From: Ignavibacteriota bacterium
GTDB lineage: Bacteria > Bacteroidota > Ignavibacteria > UBA10030 > CAVZMI01
Direction: 5' to 3'
Assembly: GCA_963776275.1 (NCBI GenBank)
Contig: CAVZMI010000007.1
Location: 39,681-103,680 of the forward strand
Length of the DNA stretch: 64,000 nt
The notes under the pieces were generated by a model, which saw nothing but the letters and a program-made list of their open reading frames with translations, did no database searches and was not told where the DNA came from. A program made the position numbers and the translations under genes. This document shows, piece by piece, positions 7,900-17,381 of this stretch. The number at the start of each line of letters is the position of its first letter. Within the stretch, counting starts at the first letter, position 1.

Positions 7900-9885
7900 C
7901 TACTGAAGTCCTGAGGCAACGATCTCGGCAATATCTTTAACGCGAATTATCTTTGCCTTCTCATCCTTCAGCCCATCCTCGAACATGGTCAGACAATAGG
8001 GACAGGTGACACACACCGTATCAGGGTTTTGGACAAGAGCTTCTTTAATCCGGGTGAGGTTGATCCGGGAACCTAAGCTTTCTTCCATCCACATCCTGCC
8101 TCCACCAGCTCCGCAGCAGAATGAGTTTTTCCTGTTTCTTTTCATCTCGGCAGGAGCCATACCTGTGGTGATTTTTATCGCCTGGCGCGGTGCATCATAA
8201 ATTTCATTGTGCCGCCCCAAGTAGCAGGAGTCATGAAAAATAACTTTTCCAAGTTGTGTCACTTTTTCATTGACCCTTAATTTCCCTTCCTTAAGAAGAA
8301 TGTTAATCAACTCGCTGTGGTGGACAACTTCGAGATTTAGGCCATACTGCTTGTAATCGTTTTTCAGAGTACTGAAACAGTGGGGACATTGGGTGATAAT
8401 TTTCTTGACTCCTTTTTCCTGGAAGAGTCTGACATTCTCTTTGGCTATTCTATCAAAAATGAATTCATTGCCGAGCCTTCTAAGGCTGTCCCCGCAGCAT
8501 TTCTCGTCTTTGCCTAAAATTCCCCATGAGATACCGGCTGCATTAAGGATTGTGGCCAGGGCCAGGGTCACTTGTTTGTTACGGGAATCAAAAGCGCCCG
8601 CGCATCCTACATAAAAAAGGTATTCTGTATCGCCGGCCGAAAACTGCTTGACATTATGTCCGGATGTCCATTTCGAGCGCTCCGCCGGGGCAATGCCCCA
8701 AGGATTACTCCGCTGTTCCATGTTTTCAAAGAGATTGAGAAGCTCCTCAGGAAATTTTGCCTCCAATTCCACCAGATGGCGTCTCATCTTGACGATTTTA
8801 GGCATGTGCTCGATGAAAACAGGGCAGACCTCCATGCAGGCACCACAAGTCGTGCAAGACCAGATCGCGCTCTCCTGATTGATGCCTTCGCCGCCGCTTC
8901 CGATAAGAGGGAGTGTGGGAGTTCCGTCTTTTTTCAAAATCGGACCGTTTCTCAAGAGATTAATCTTAATATCATGAATAACCTGCCGTGGATTGAGAGG
9001 CTTTTCCGTATTCGTTGCAGGGCAGACATCCTGGCATCTACCACATTCTGTGCAGGAGTAAGAGTCGAAGAGGTCTTTCCATGTGAAGAGGTTCACCCTT
9101 CCCACACCAAAAGTATTCCCTTTTTTAAATTCCTCCCTGGGCTGAGTATTCGGCTTTTCAAGGCTTTTGAAATAGCAATTAGGAATTGATGTCATGATGT
9201 GCATATGTTTGCTGAGGGGGAGAACATTGATAAAAGTCAGAAGCACGAGAGCATGGAGCCACCAGAAGATATCCTCCAAGAATTCTAGCCTGGAAGGAAA
9301 AACGCCAGCCAAGTATCCCGCAGCAAAAGAAGAGATAGGTCTGTAATTGCCGGCAGCTTCTTTGCCTGAAGCAATTTCAACCGTATGCATCCCGAAGAAA
9401 GCAATCATCAGCAGGGCTATGAAGGTCAGAATAAGAAAAGCCTCGAAGCTCTTGGCCTTTACATAGGGAGTGCTCAAGTAAGCAGGAGCAAAGAAGATCC
9501 GTCTGCTAAACGCGATGAGGATGCTGATGAGAGTCGTGAGGGAAATGATCTCGAAGATAAATGAAATAGGATAATAGACATCTACAGGGAGATGGGAGAG
9601 ACTGATTGACGGGAAAAGGCCATGCATGAGGAACTCACCATTGGCGATGATCAGTATGATGAACGACCAGAAAATGACAAAATGGTTGAGACCGAAAACA
9701 CGGCTCACGACCCTTTTTTGACCAAAGGCATAGAAGAGCATAGCCCAGATTCTTTTGAAGAAATGACTAAAACGGTCTTCGGGTTTCCCGAAGGTGATCA
9801 AACTGAAGCGTCTATAGCAGCTCCATACAAATAAAGCCATAGAAGTTGCAAACAATAAGCCGAAAATAGTCGTATTATGTGACAT
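7900..9885 (-). CDS. Membrane-bound Fe-S oxidoreductase (FadF/HdrD-like, NarI-like membrane domain + 2x[4Fe-4S] + CCG domains)
   Basis: TM region with WWLH and SKHMH. CTECGRCQDVCP and CTTCGACMEVCP ferredoxin motifs. Two CCG motifs. Confidence 0.9.
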   Translation of the reverse strand: MSHNTTIFGLLFATSMALFVWSCYRRFSLITFGKPEDRFSHFFKRIWAMLFYAFGQKRVVSRVFGLNHFVIFWSFIILIIANGEFLMHGLFPSISLSHLPVDVYYPISFIFEIISLTTLISILIAFSRRIFFAPAYLSTPYVKAKSFEAFLILTFIALLMIAFFGMHTVEIASGKEAAGNYRPISSFAAGYLAGVFPSRLEFLEDIFWWLHALVLLTFINVLPLSKHMHIMTSIPNCYFKSLEKPNTQPREEFKKGNTFGVGRVNLFTWKDLFDSYSCTECGRCQDVCPATNTEKPLNPRQVIHDIKINLLRNGPILKKDGTPTLPLIGSGGEGINQESAIWSCTTCGACMEVCPVFIEHMPKIVKMRRHLVELEAKFPEELLNLFENMEQRSNPWGIAPAERSKWTSGHNVKQFSAGDTEYLFYVGCAGAFDSRNKQVTLALATILNAAGISWGILGKDEKCCGDSLRRLGNEFIFDRIAKENVRLFQEKGVKKIITQCPHCFSTLKNDYKQYGLNLEVVHHSELINILLKEGKLRVNEKVTQLGKVIFHDSCYLGRHNEIYDAPRQAIKITTGMAPAEMKRNRKNSFCCGAGGGRMWMEESLGSRINLTRIKEALVQNPDTVCVTCPYCLTMFEDGLKDEKAKIIRVKDIAEIVASGLQ

Positions 9886-9921
9886 GTGTTTTTCTATCTA
9901 CAAAATTCAATGGTCTCTTAA

Positions 9922-11244
9922 CTAGCGATTCCTTTTAAGTTCTCGAATGCGGTTCGTAAGAGCAGGGACAACTTCAAAAAGGTTTCCCACGATTCCGTAA
10001 TGGGCGATCTGAAAAATGGGCGCGTCTTTATCACGGTTAATAGCGATTATTGTGTCGGAGTTTTGCATCCCAACTAGATGCTGGATGGCTCCGGAAATTC
10101 CGCATGCGATGTACACCTTTGGTCTTACCGTCTTTCCAGTCTGGCCGACCTGGCGTTCCAGAGGCATCCAGCCCGCATCCACAGCGCTGCGTGAAGCTCC
10201 AACAACTCCTCCCAGCTCATCCGCCAATTCCTGGAGGAGCGCAAAGTTATCCTTGGCCATCATCCCTCGGCCGCCAGAGATGATGAAATCAGCGCTGGCA
10301 ATGTCGACGAGCTCTTTATGTTTGGCATCAGAGAGAATCTCGAGGACTTGGGCCAAAACATTCTCCTCTTGAATGGGGCAGGTCTCTCTGATTATTTCCC
10401 CCTGCTTTCCAGTTTTATATTCTGGCATTGGCATAACGTGGGGACGTACTGTTGCCATCTGCGGTCGAAACTTTTCGCAGAGAATGCTGGCCATTATGTT
10501 GCCGCCGAAGGCCGGTCGGGTTTGAAGCAAATGTCCCTTATCCGTTATGGAGAGGCCGGTACAGTCTGCCGTCAGACCAGTTTTTAGCCTGGTTGCCACA
10601 GCCCCAGCCAAATCTCTTCCTAACCCTGTGGCTCCCATAAGCAGGATTTCGGGTTTATATTTCTCCACAAGATAGACAACACCTTCGAGATAAGATACCG
10701 TGCGGTAATTCTTAAAAATCGGTGCATCAAGGAGATAAGCCTGCTGTACGCCATAGGCGAATGCTTCCTGACAGAGGTGTTCGACTCCATGACCGATGAC
10801 AACCGCGGCAAGCCCCACATTCAGACTCTTGGCCAGGTTGGCACCCACTCCAAGCAGCTCCCAGGATACCTTAGCCGACTCCCCTTCTGTCTGTTCGACG
10901 AAAATCCACACTCCCTTATAGGGAGCAATTCTCTGAGCTACAGTCGCTTGCTCTTCATCAACTTCTTCGACAGTCGCGGCAGGCTTGGCTTTCTTTTTGA
11001 ACTCTTCTAGAATTTTCAATTCTTCAGGAGTGAAGAACATTTCCAAGGCATCAACAGGGCAAACTTTCAGACACTTGATGCATCCGATACAATTGGGGAT
11101 AATAATGATAGGCTCGCCCCGATCATTCATCTCGATAGCATCTGTAGGGCAAACAACCTGGCAGCGCGCTCCGCAGGCGATACATTTACCCTCAATTAAC
11201 CTGGCTTTGCCTCGAGGTTTTTTAATCGGTTTCTCCACCGTCAA
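9922..11244 (-). CDS. etfA: Electron transfer flavoprotein alpha subunit with N-terminal 2x[4Fe-4S] ferredoxin
   Basis: CIACGARCQVVCP and CIGCIKCLKVCP. GLTADCT, RPAFGGN, QVGQTGKTVRP and GISGAIQH motifs. Confidence 0.95.
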   Translation of the reverse strand: MTVEKPIKKPRGKARLIEGKCIACGARCQVVCPTDAIEMNDRGEPIIIIPNCIGCIKCLKVCPVDALEMFFTPEELKILEEFKKKAKPAATVEEVDEEQATVAQRIAPYKGVWIFVEQTEGESAKVSWELLGVGANLAKSLNVGLAAVVIGHGVEHLCQEAFAYGVQQAYLLDAPIFKNYRTVSYLEGVVYLVEKYKPEILLMGATGLGRDLAGAVATRLKTGLTADCTGLSITDKGHLLQTRPAFGGNIMASILCEKFRPQMATVRPHVMPMPEYKTGKQGEIIRETCPIQEENVLAQVLEILSDAKHKELVDIASADFIISGGRGMMAKDNFALLQELADELGGVVGASRSAVDAGWMPLERQVGQTGKTVRPKVYIACGISGAIQHLVGMQNSDTIIAINRDKDAPIFQIAHYGIVGNLFEVVPALTNRIRELKRNR

Positions 11245-11259
11245 TCCTCAACATAAAAG

Positions 11260-12072
11260 TCAAAAATTAAGAATTTCCTTCTGAATGAGCTTCTGAACCA
11301 GAAGCTCAACCGCTCCTTCAGGGTCTTTGATTCCATCTCCGAGAATTTCCCCCTTCTCGCGCTCGGGGGAAAATATTTTCGTGACCCACGTGGGTGATCC
11401 CCTTAGGCCGACAGAGAATGTATCCAGATTCAACACCCTATTATCCCAGATTTTAACTTCTGCTTCCTCTGAGAGAAGTCGTCTTGGAACGTTAGGATAG
11501 CGGGGGCGGTTTATTTCTCTGACGACTGTGAGCAGTACCGGGAGTGGGGCTTCGACGATCTCATGCCTTCCTTCGAGTTTCCTTCTTACCCTGATCTTCT
11601 TGGCTTCAGAATCGAGATGCTCAATCCTGTCTACAAGGGTGAGCTGGATATAATTGAGGCGGGTAGCGATTCCAGGCCCAACCTGGGCGGTATCCCCGTC
11701 TATCGTCTGTTTACCGCAGATGACAAGTCCAACTTCCTCTTTCTGGGAAAGTTTTTGGATGGTTGCAGAGAGGACGTGACTTGTGGCCAGGGTATCCGCT
11801 CCAGCAAAAACGCGGTCAGAAAGGAGAATCGCCTCATCCACTCCGAGGGCAAGGGCTTTTCTCAGAGTTGCCTCCGCATTGGGAGGGCCCATCGAGATCG
11901 CTACCACTTTGAATCCAAACCTGTCTTTTAGCCTTAGGCTTTCTTCCAGAGCATGAGTGTCATAAGGATTGATGATAAATGGAATTCCCTCGCGCACCAG
12001 AGTATTGGTCACAGGATCCATTTTCACCTGCGTAGTATCCGGGACTTGTTTGATGCAAGCTACGACTAACAT
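11260..12072 (-). CDS. etfB: Electron transfer flavoprotein beta subunit
   Basis: CIKQVPDT, INPYD, GADTLATS and GKQTIDGDTAQVGP motifs. Confidence 0.95.
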   Translation of the reverse strand: MLVVACIKQVPDTTQVKMDPVTNTLVREGIPFIINPYDTHALEESLRLKDRFGFKVVAISMGPPNAEATLRKALALGVDEAILLSDRVFAGADTLATSHVLSATIQKLSQKEEVGLVICGKQTIDGDTAQVGPGIATRLNYIQLTLVDRIEHLDSEAKKIRVRRKLEGRHEIVEAPLPVLLTVVREINRPRYPNVPRRLLSEEAEVKIWDNRVLNLDTFSVGLRGSPTWVTKIFSPEREKGEILGDGIKDPEGAVELLVQKLIQKEILNF

Positions 12073-12140
12073 ACTTCCTTTCTTCCTTTCCCGAAGCTGT
12101 CTAAAAAGTAATTTTCCCCCCGATAACCTGGCAGAAGCAA

Positions 12141-12185
12141 AATTTCAATGTTACTTTTTCCGAATTGTGCATCAAGTAAACCCAT
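12141..12185 (-). pseudogene. nuoB: N-terminal stub of NADH-quinone oxidoreductase subunit B
   Basis: ATG 12185 with AAGGA RBS just after nuoA. MGLLDAQFGKSNI resembles Chlorobi-type NuoB starts; similarity ends before the conserved W..ACC motif. Confidence 0.6.
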
Positions 12186-12256
12186 ACGGGTGTCCTTCAA
12201 ATAAAAACGTCCCAAAAAAAATAAGGAAGGAGAGCACCGGCTCTCCTTCGCACATT

Positions 12257-12688
12257 TCAAACAGATATTTCTTCTTCGGATGGCGCAACGACACCGACGC
12301 CCGGCTCATAATGAGGCAGACAAGGGGCCGGTTTGTCCCAGTCCAGATCACCCTTCGTCCATGCATAGACGAAACCGACGCCAAGGATAACAATGAAGAC
12401 AACCATCTCGAGAAATGCGAACATCCCCAACTGTTTGAATACCAACGCCCACGGAAAGAGGAAAACTACTTCCACATCAAAGATGAGGAAGATGAGAGCA
12501 ACTACATAGAAACGAATGTTGAAGCGGATCCACGGACTACCCACAGGCGATTCGCCGCATTCATACGTTGTAAGTTTCAGTGTTGACGGCCTTTTAGGCC
12601 GCAGTATCCATGTTGCTAAAAACCCCAGCGCTACAAAAACCCCACCCACGATAAAAAACAGAAGAACTCGCCCAAAGTCGGTAAACAT
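12257..12688 (-). CDS. nuoA: NADH-quinone oxidoreductase subunit A
   Basis: TYECGE and [23 protein letters not shown] motifs, [10 protein letters not shown]. Confidence 0.95.
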   Translation of the reverse strand: MFTDFGRVLLFFIVGGVFVALGFLATWILRPKRPSTLKLTTYECGESPVGSPWIRFNIRFYVVALIFLIFDVEVVFLFPWALVFKQLGMFAFLEMVVFIVILGVGFVYAWTKGDLDWDKPAPCLPHYEPGVGVVAPSEEEISV

Positions 12689-12963
12689 CAGGCTTTTTAT
12701 CTCCAGAGAAAATGGATTGTCTTGAAATAAAATTTAAGCTATAAAAATGTACGAAGAGATGGAAGAAGAATCAAGATAAAAAAATGATCTATGAAAGCTC
12801 TGAACATTTTCGATTTCGGATTTATGATTTCCGAGTTTACTGTATAAATGTAATTTTGAAGCTACGTTATACCCTGAATGGATAGAGGATAATCCTTAAT
12901 ACAGAATAGTATCAACAACAAACACTGATATTTCTCTCTTTATGCATCGGTGTTCTGTCATAA

Positions 12964-13914
12964 TTATTTTTTCTGCATCGTTAAATACTTATCAAAAAAG
13001 GCAATAACCCTCACAAAAAATTCGGGATAGTTGTACATATCCGGACCATTTCTGCCGCCATGTTCTGCGCCGGGGACAATCCACAATTCTTTCGGTCCTT
13101 TGAGCATCTTGAAAATATTTTCGGACATCCACGCCGGCGTACGAACATCTTTTTCACCGACGATCAAATACGCCGGTTTATTCATGCTTTTTGCACCATT
13201 TATCGGCAGTAATTCTTCCGGATAATCCCCCGGTGCCTTAAATGTTCTTGAAGAATCAAGCTTATTCACTATTGGAATTAAGTCATTGAACAACGTCATT
13301 AAGGCCCTACCGCAATAGACAGCTATATCGTTTCTTTTCACCGCCATGCCGAATGAAAGATATGCACCCGTGGAAAAGCCAAGGACGCCGATTCTCGAAG
13401 TATCGACTTCAGGGCGTCGCTTTATATAATCGATTGCGGCATCATAATCTTTAAGAAATTCACTGTAACAGAGAAGATCCTGATCGACCGGCCAATCCGA
13501 GCTGCCGCCAAATCCGCGCCAGTCAAAAGTAAAGACATTATATCTTTTCGAAAAAAAATGATATGCATAGAAGATGAAGTAGGTCATATTCCCGCCATCG
13601 CCATCGCAAATGATGATGGTTGCACGTTTTTCTTGATATTTAGCGGCATACTCTCTCGGTTTACATTTTAACTCTTGCGGAACGGGAATAACTCTCCCAA
13701 TGAGACTGTTGGCAATACCGCTTGTATCCTGTGCAGGGAAGAACCAGCCTTTTAAGTTTAAGCCGTCTGCAGTTTTGAAAGTAACCTCTTCATAAATTAT
13801 TCCATAATCAGATGGAATAGCCTTGTACTCTCTTTCAGGTTTGAGGCTATATGAGATCGATGCAGTCAGGCATATGAGTGCAACTAACACGGGAAAAAGG
13901 ATTGATAATTTCAT
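12964..13914 (-). CDS. Secreted alpha/beta hydrolase
   Basis: Signal peptide, FDWRGFG, GFSTG nucleophile elbow, GEKD and GAEH. Confidence 0.85.
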   Translation of the reverse strand: MKLSILFPVLVALICLTASISYSLKPEREYKAIPSDYGIIYEEVTFKTADGLNLKGWFFPAQDTSGIANSLIGRVIPVPQELKCKPREYAAKYQEKRATIIICDGDGGNMTYFIFYAYHFFSKRYNVFTFDWRGFGGSSDWPVDQDLLCYSEFLKDYDAAIDYIKRRPEVDTSRIGVLGFSTGAYLSFGMAVKRNDIAVYCGRALMTLFNDLIPIVNKLDSSRTFKAPGDYPEELLPINGAKSMNKPAYLIVGEKDVRTPAWMSENIFKMLKGPKELWIVPGAEHGGRNGPDMYNYPEFFVRVIAFFDKYLTMQKK

Positions 13915-14009
13915 TTTAATTTTCTTTCATTAAACTGACTGGAGATGAAAATTATCTCCGGGCTGCATCCCCTTAGATGCGCAGAAGCTCCCGTTACTCT
14001 CCTATTCTC

Positions 14010-16070
14010 TTATCTTACCAGTACAAGTTTCTTCGTTTCCGAAAATGTTCCTGATTCCAGCCGATAGAGATATACTCCACTTGCAGCGTCTTTTGGACTC
14101 CACTCGGAAGAATACGAGCCTGCCTGAAGATGCCGGGAAACCAGCATCTCGATTTCCTGCCCTAACAGGTTGTAGATTTTCAACGTAGTATAACCCGGCT
14201 TTGGTATATGAAAGTGAATTATCGTAGTCGGGTTGAATGGATTCGGAAAGTTTTGCTCCAGGATGCAGCTCTCTGGCACCGGGGCGCGTAGATCTTCAAT
14301 AGAAGTTGAAAACTCGGTTAAGGGTCTGCGCCACACTCCCTGGCCGTTGGTACCAGCAATGAGTTCGGAGCCACTTACAGTTAAGGCGTTCACTTTCTTA
14401 AACGTCAAGCCTGAATTTACTTCATTCCAGTGACCACCGTTGTCGTCGGTAACGAAGGCACCGCCCATGGTCCCGGTGAAAAGATAGGATCCGCTTATCG
14501 CAAAGGAAAGGATGTTTTGATTAGTTAAATTTGTATTGACATGTGTCCAGCTGTCACCATCATTGGTGGATAGATAGACACCGCCACTGGAAGTTCCGGA
14601 AAAGAGATTGACACCGTTAGCGATAATAGCAACTACGTCTGGAGGCACCAAACCTGAAGATTTTTGTGTCCAATGAGCGCCATTGTCGGTCGATAGAAAG
14701 AGACCACCGCCCCACGTCCCGGCATAGGTATCCCATCCATTGACAGCAAGAGAATAAATAAGCGTGTTTGTCAAACCGGTATTGACCTGTGTCCAATTGC
14801 CACCACTGTTCGTGGTAAGATAGACACCACTCATTGTGCCGGCGAAGAGATTCGTCCCGTTGGCGGCGAGGACAGAGACATACATGTTTGTCAAACCTGT
14901 ACTAACCTGAGTCCAAAAACCGCCGCTGTTGGCTGAAAGAAAGACACCGCCGCCAGCTGTCCCGGCAAAGAGATTTGTGCCGCTAACTGCAAGCGCACGA
15001 ACATCAGTAGCTGTCAGTCCGGTATTGACTTGAGTCCAACTGGTTCCGTTATCAAGAGAGAGGAAAACGCCGCCTGTTGTCCCGGCAAAGAGATGGGTAC
15101 CAATCGTCGCAAGAGCATTTACATTGGAATTCTTCAATCCTATGCTGACCTGGAGCCAGCTGGTGCCGTTGTTTGTCGAAAGGAAAACACCGCCGTAGGT
15201 ACCGGCAAAGAGGTTCCAACCGCTTACTGCAAGGGCACAAACATAAGTACTTGTCAGTCCTGTAACTACCGGAGTCCAGCTGGTCCCGTTGTTTGTAGAT
15301 AAATAGACACCGTTGTTGGTGCCGATGAACGTATTGGTGCCGCTAACCGCAATTGCATAAACAGGATTAATTGGTATTCCTGTGGTTACATTCGTCCAAC
15401 TGGTTCCGTTATCTGAGGTAAGATATATTCCAAACCCAGTACCAGCGAAGAGATTTGTACCGCTGACCGCAAAAGATAAAATGGTGGTATGTGTCAAACC
15501 CGAATCGACCGGAGACCAGCTCGTTCCGTTATCAGTTGAAAGGAAGACTCCTTCGAGGGTACCGGCAAAGAGACTTGTGCCGAGAGCCGCAAGAGCATGA
15601 ACAGAAACACTTGTCAGGCCTGCACTAGCGGAAGTCCAGCTATCGCCGTTATCGGTCGAAAGGAATACTCCATTCAAAGTTCCGGCATAGAGATTGCCGC
15701 CGCTGACCGCAAGCGAGTACACAATACTCGTTGTTATACCTGTACTGACCTTGGTCCAACTGTCCCCGTTATCTGTGGAAAGAAAGACGCCGCCATCAGT
15801 CCCGGCAAATATATTCGTGCCGCTGATTACTAAAGCATTAACATAACTATTTGTTAAACCGGTATTAATAGAAGACCAACTACTCCCATTATCAGTGGAA
15901 AGAAAGGCACCGCCTCCTTCTGTCCCGGCGTATAGATTCGAACCGCTGATTGCCAGGGTATTCACAATACCGCCATACGGTCCGCTGGTTTGTATCCACT
16001 GAGCTTTAATTGCGCGTTCGGGAAATATGAGAATCAGTATGACCGCGAGCAGGGAAATAAAATGTCTCAT
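14010..16070 (-). CDS. BNR/Asp-box repeat beta-propeller protein with T9SS C-terminal sorting domain
   Basis: About 14 repeats of LFAGTxGGVFLSTDNGxSW. C-terminal QNFPNPFNPTT...SGVYLYRL...KKLVLVR. Confidence 0.9.
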   Translation of the reverse strand: MRHFISLLAVILILIFPERAIKAQWIQTSGPYGGIVNTLAISGSNLYAGTEGGGAFLSTDNGSSWSSINTGLTNSYVNALVISGTNIFAGTDGGVFLSTDNGDSWTKVSTGITTSIVYSLAVSGGNLYAGTLNGVFLSTDNGDSWTSASAGLTSVSVHALAALGTSLFAGTLEGVFLSTDNGTSWSPVDSGLTHTTILSFAVSGTNLFAGTGFGIYLTSDNGTSWTNVTTGIPINPVYAIAVSGTNTFIGTNNGVYLSTNNGTSWTPVVTGLTSTYVCALAVSGWNLFAGTYGGVFLSTNNGTSWLQVSIGLKNSNVNALATIGTHLFAGTTGGVFLSLDNGTSWTQVNTGLTATDVRALAVSGTNLFAGTAGGGVFLSANSGGFWTQVSTGLTNMYVSVLAANGTNLFAGTMSGVYLTTNSGGNWTQVNTGLTNTLIYSLAVNGWDTYAGTWGGGLFLSTDNGAHWTQKSSGLVPPDVVAIIANGVNLFSGTSSGGVYLSTNDGDSWTHVNTNLTNQNILSFAISGSYLFTGTMGGAFVTDDNGGHWNEVNSGLTFKKVNALTVSGSELIAGTNGQGVWRRPLTEFSTSIEDLRAPVPESCILEQNFPNPFNPTTIIHFHIPKPGYTTLKIYNLLGQEIEMLVSRHLQAGSYSSEWSPKDAASGVYLYRLESGTFSETKKLVLVR

Positions 16071-16401
16071 GGTATGGCTCCCTATTTTGTGGGTGAATGA
16101 GATAGGCAAATGCAACCGATGGATGATAAATTACCCTGCGTCAATCACCCCGATTGAGCACGATATCCGTTTTGAATCGTTTGAATATATATTCCATTTC
16201 TATCATCAATTCCCTCGCATAAAAAATCATTGAATGCAAAATGTATCGTTTAGTTATTTCATGAGGGGCGGTACCCCTATTTTACTGTAAGTATAAATAG
16301 AAAATTATCCATGCAATTTTAAGGAATTGCTCTTTGAAATGCAATTAATGCTCAGAAAAAGCCGTGAAGATTGCCGATTTTCGGGTCTCGTATCTAAGAC
16401 T

Positions 16402-17109
16402 TTACTTCTTCTCTCCTATGGGCATAATATATAACGGCCGCTCTTTCTCCGCCATATTCATAATTCTTCTTACGTCCTCATCATGAAAAGCTCCTATAAC
16501 GACTGTTCCCAAATTGAGTGCTACTGCTTGCAAAGAAACATTCTCGGCTGCATGTCCAACTTCAATATGCACATATCGTTCAGTACGTTCTCCGTATTTT
16601 ACACTGGTGCGTTCGTACACTGCAGAGAATACGATGCATGCGGCGGCCTCTTTGATCGAAGACTGGCGAAGTGCAGCATCATAGATTTCGTTTCGTTTAT
16701 CACCTTCACCGACTTTCACCAGTTCATGCCCTACAGGTTTATATTTATATATTCCAGTTGGAAGATCTTTGACATTTCCGGCAACAAGATAGACCTCGAG
16801 CGGATAGAGAGCTCCGGCAGATGGAGCTGTTCTGAGACCATCCTTCGGTTCGGTAATTCCCTGAGCCGCCCAGAGAAGCTGTGATATCTCGGCTATTGTG
16901 AGCGGCACATTGTTGAATTCTCGGACCGATCTTCTATCATGTAAGGCTTTTTCGACCGAGGTTTTACCGTCATATTTCGGCTGTGGTAGTTTTATTATTT
17001 CCGGATCGGATTTCGTTTTCATATCCTGTGGAATTAATTTGGTAGTTAATAGTATGATTACACACATTAGGAGTACAAATATAATTGATGTGTGTTTCTT
17101 TATTTTCAT
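16402..17109 (-). CDS. SagB/ThcOx-family nitroreductase-like protein
   Basis: RRSVREF, LLWAAQG, RTAPSAGALYPLEVY and EVGHAAENV motifs. Confidence 0.9.
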   Translation of the reverse strand: MKIKKHTSIIFVLLMCVIILLTTKLIPQDMKTKSDPEIIKLPQPKYDGKTSVEKALHDRRSVREFNNVPLTIAEISQLLWAAQGITEPKDGLRTAPSAGALYPLEVYLVAGNVKDLPTGIYKYKPVGHELVKVGEGDKRNEIYDAALRQSSIKEAAACIVFSAVYERTSVKYGERTERYVHIEVGHAAENVSLQAVALNLGTVVIGAFHDEDVRRIMNMAEKERPLYIMPIGEKK

Positions 17110-17381
17110 GACAGACCTTAAGAACTACAGCGCGATTGTACGAAATTGTGATTCGAAATGCAACTGTAGGTGATAAACAGCCAATTTTTGGGTTTTATTT
17201 GCTTCTGATTTGTACCTATTCAATCCATTTTGTACATTGAATATGTAACCTTTGAGGCGACTGAAACGCAGACTGAAACTAGAGTGCCGTCAGCGTAAGG
17301 TCTTTGAAGCCTGCGTTTACTACAGATCCCTCCTATTCAGAAATCGGAAATATTATAGTCTTTTCATCGAAAGGGCATTGC

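Noticed and set aside
14010-16070. CRISPR array or DNA tandem repeat
   Set aside because: The repeats are in-frame protein repeats with synonymous variation; there are no constant repeats with unique spacers.
16402-17109. RiPP (azole) biosynthetic cluster around the SagB-like gene
   Set aside because: No YcaO protein, precursor peptide or transporter nearby.
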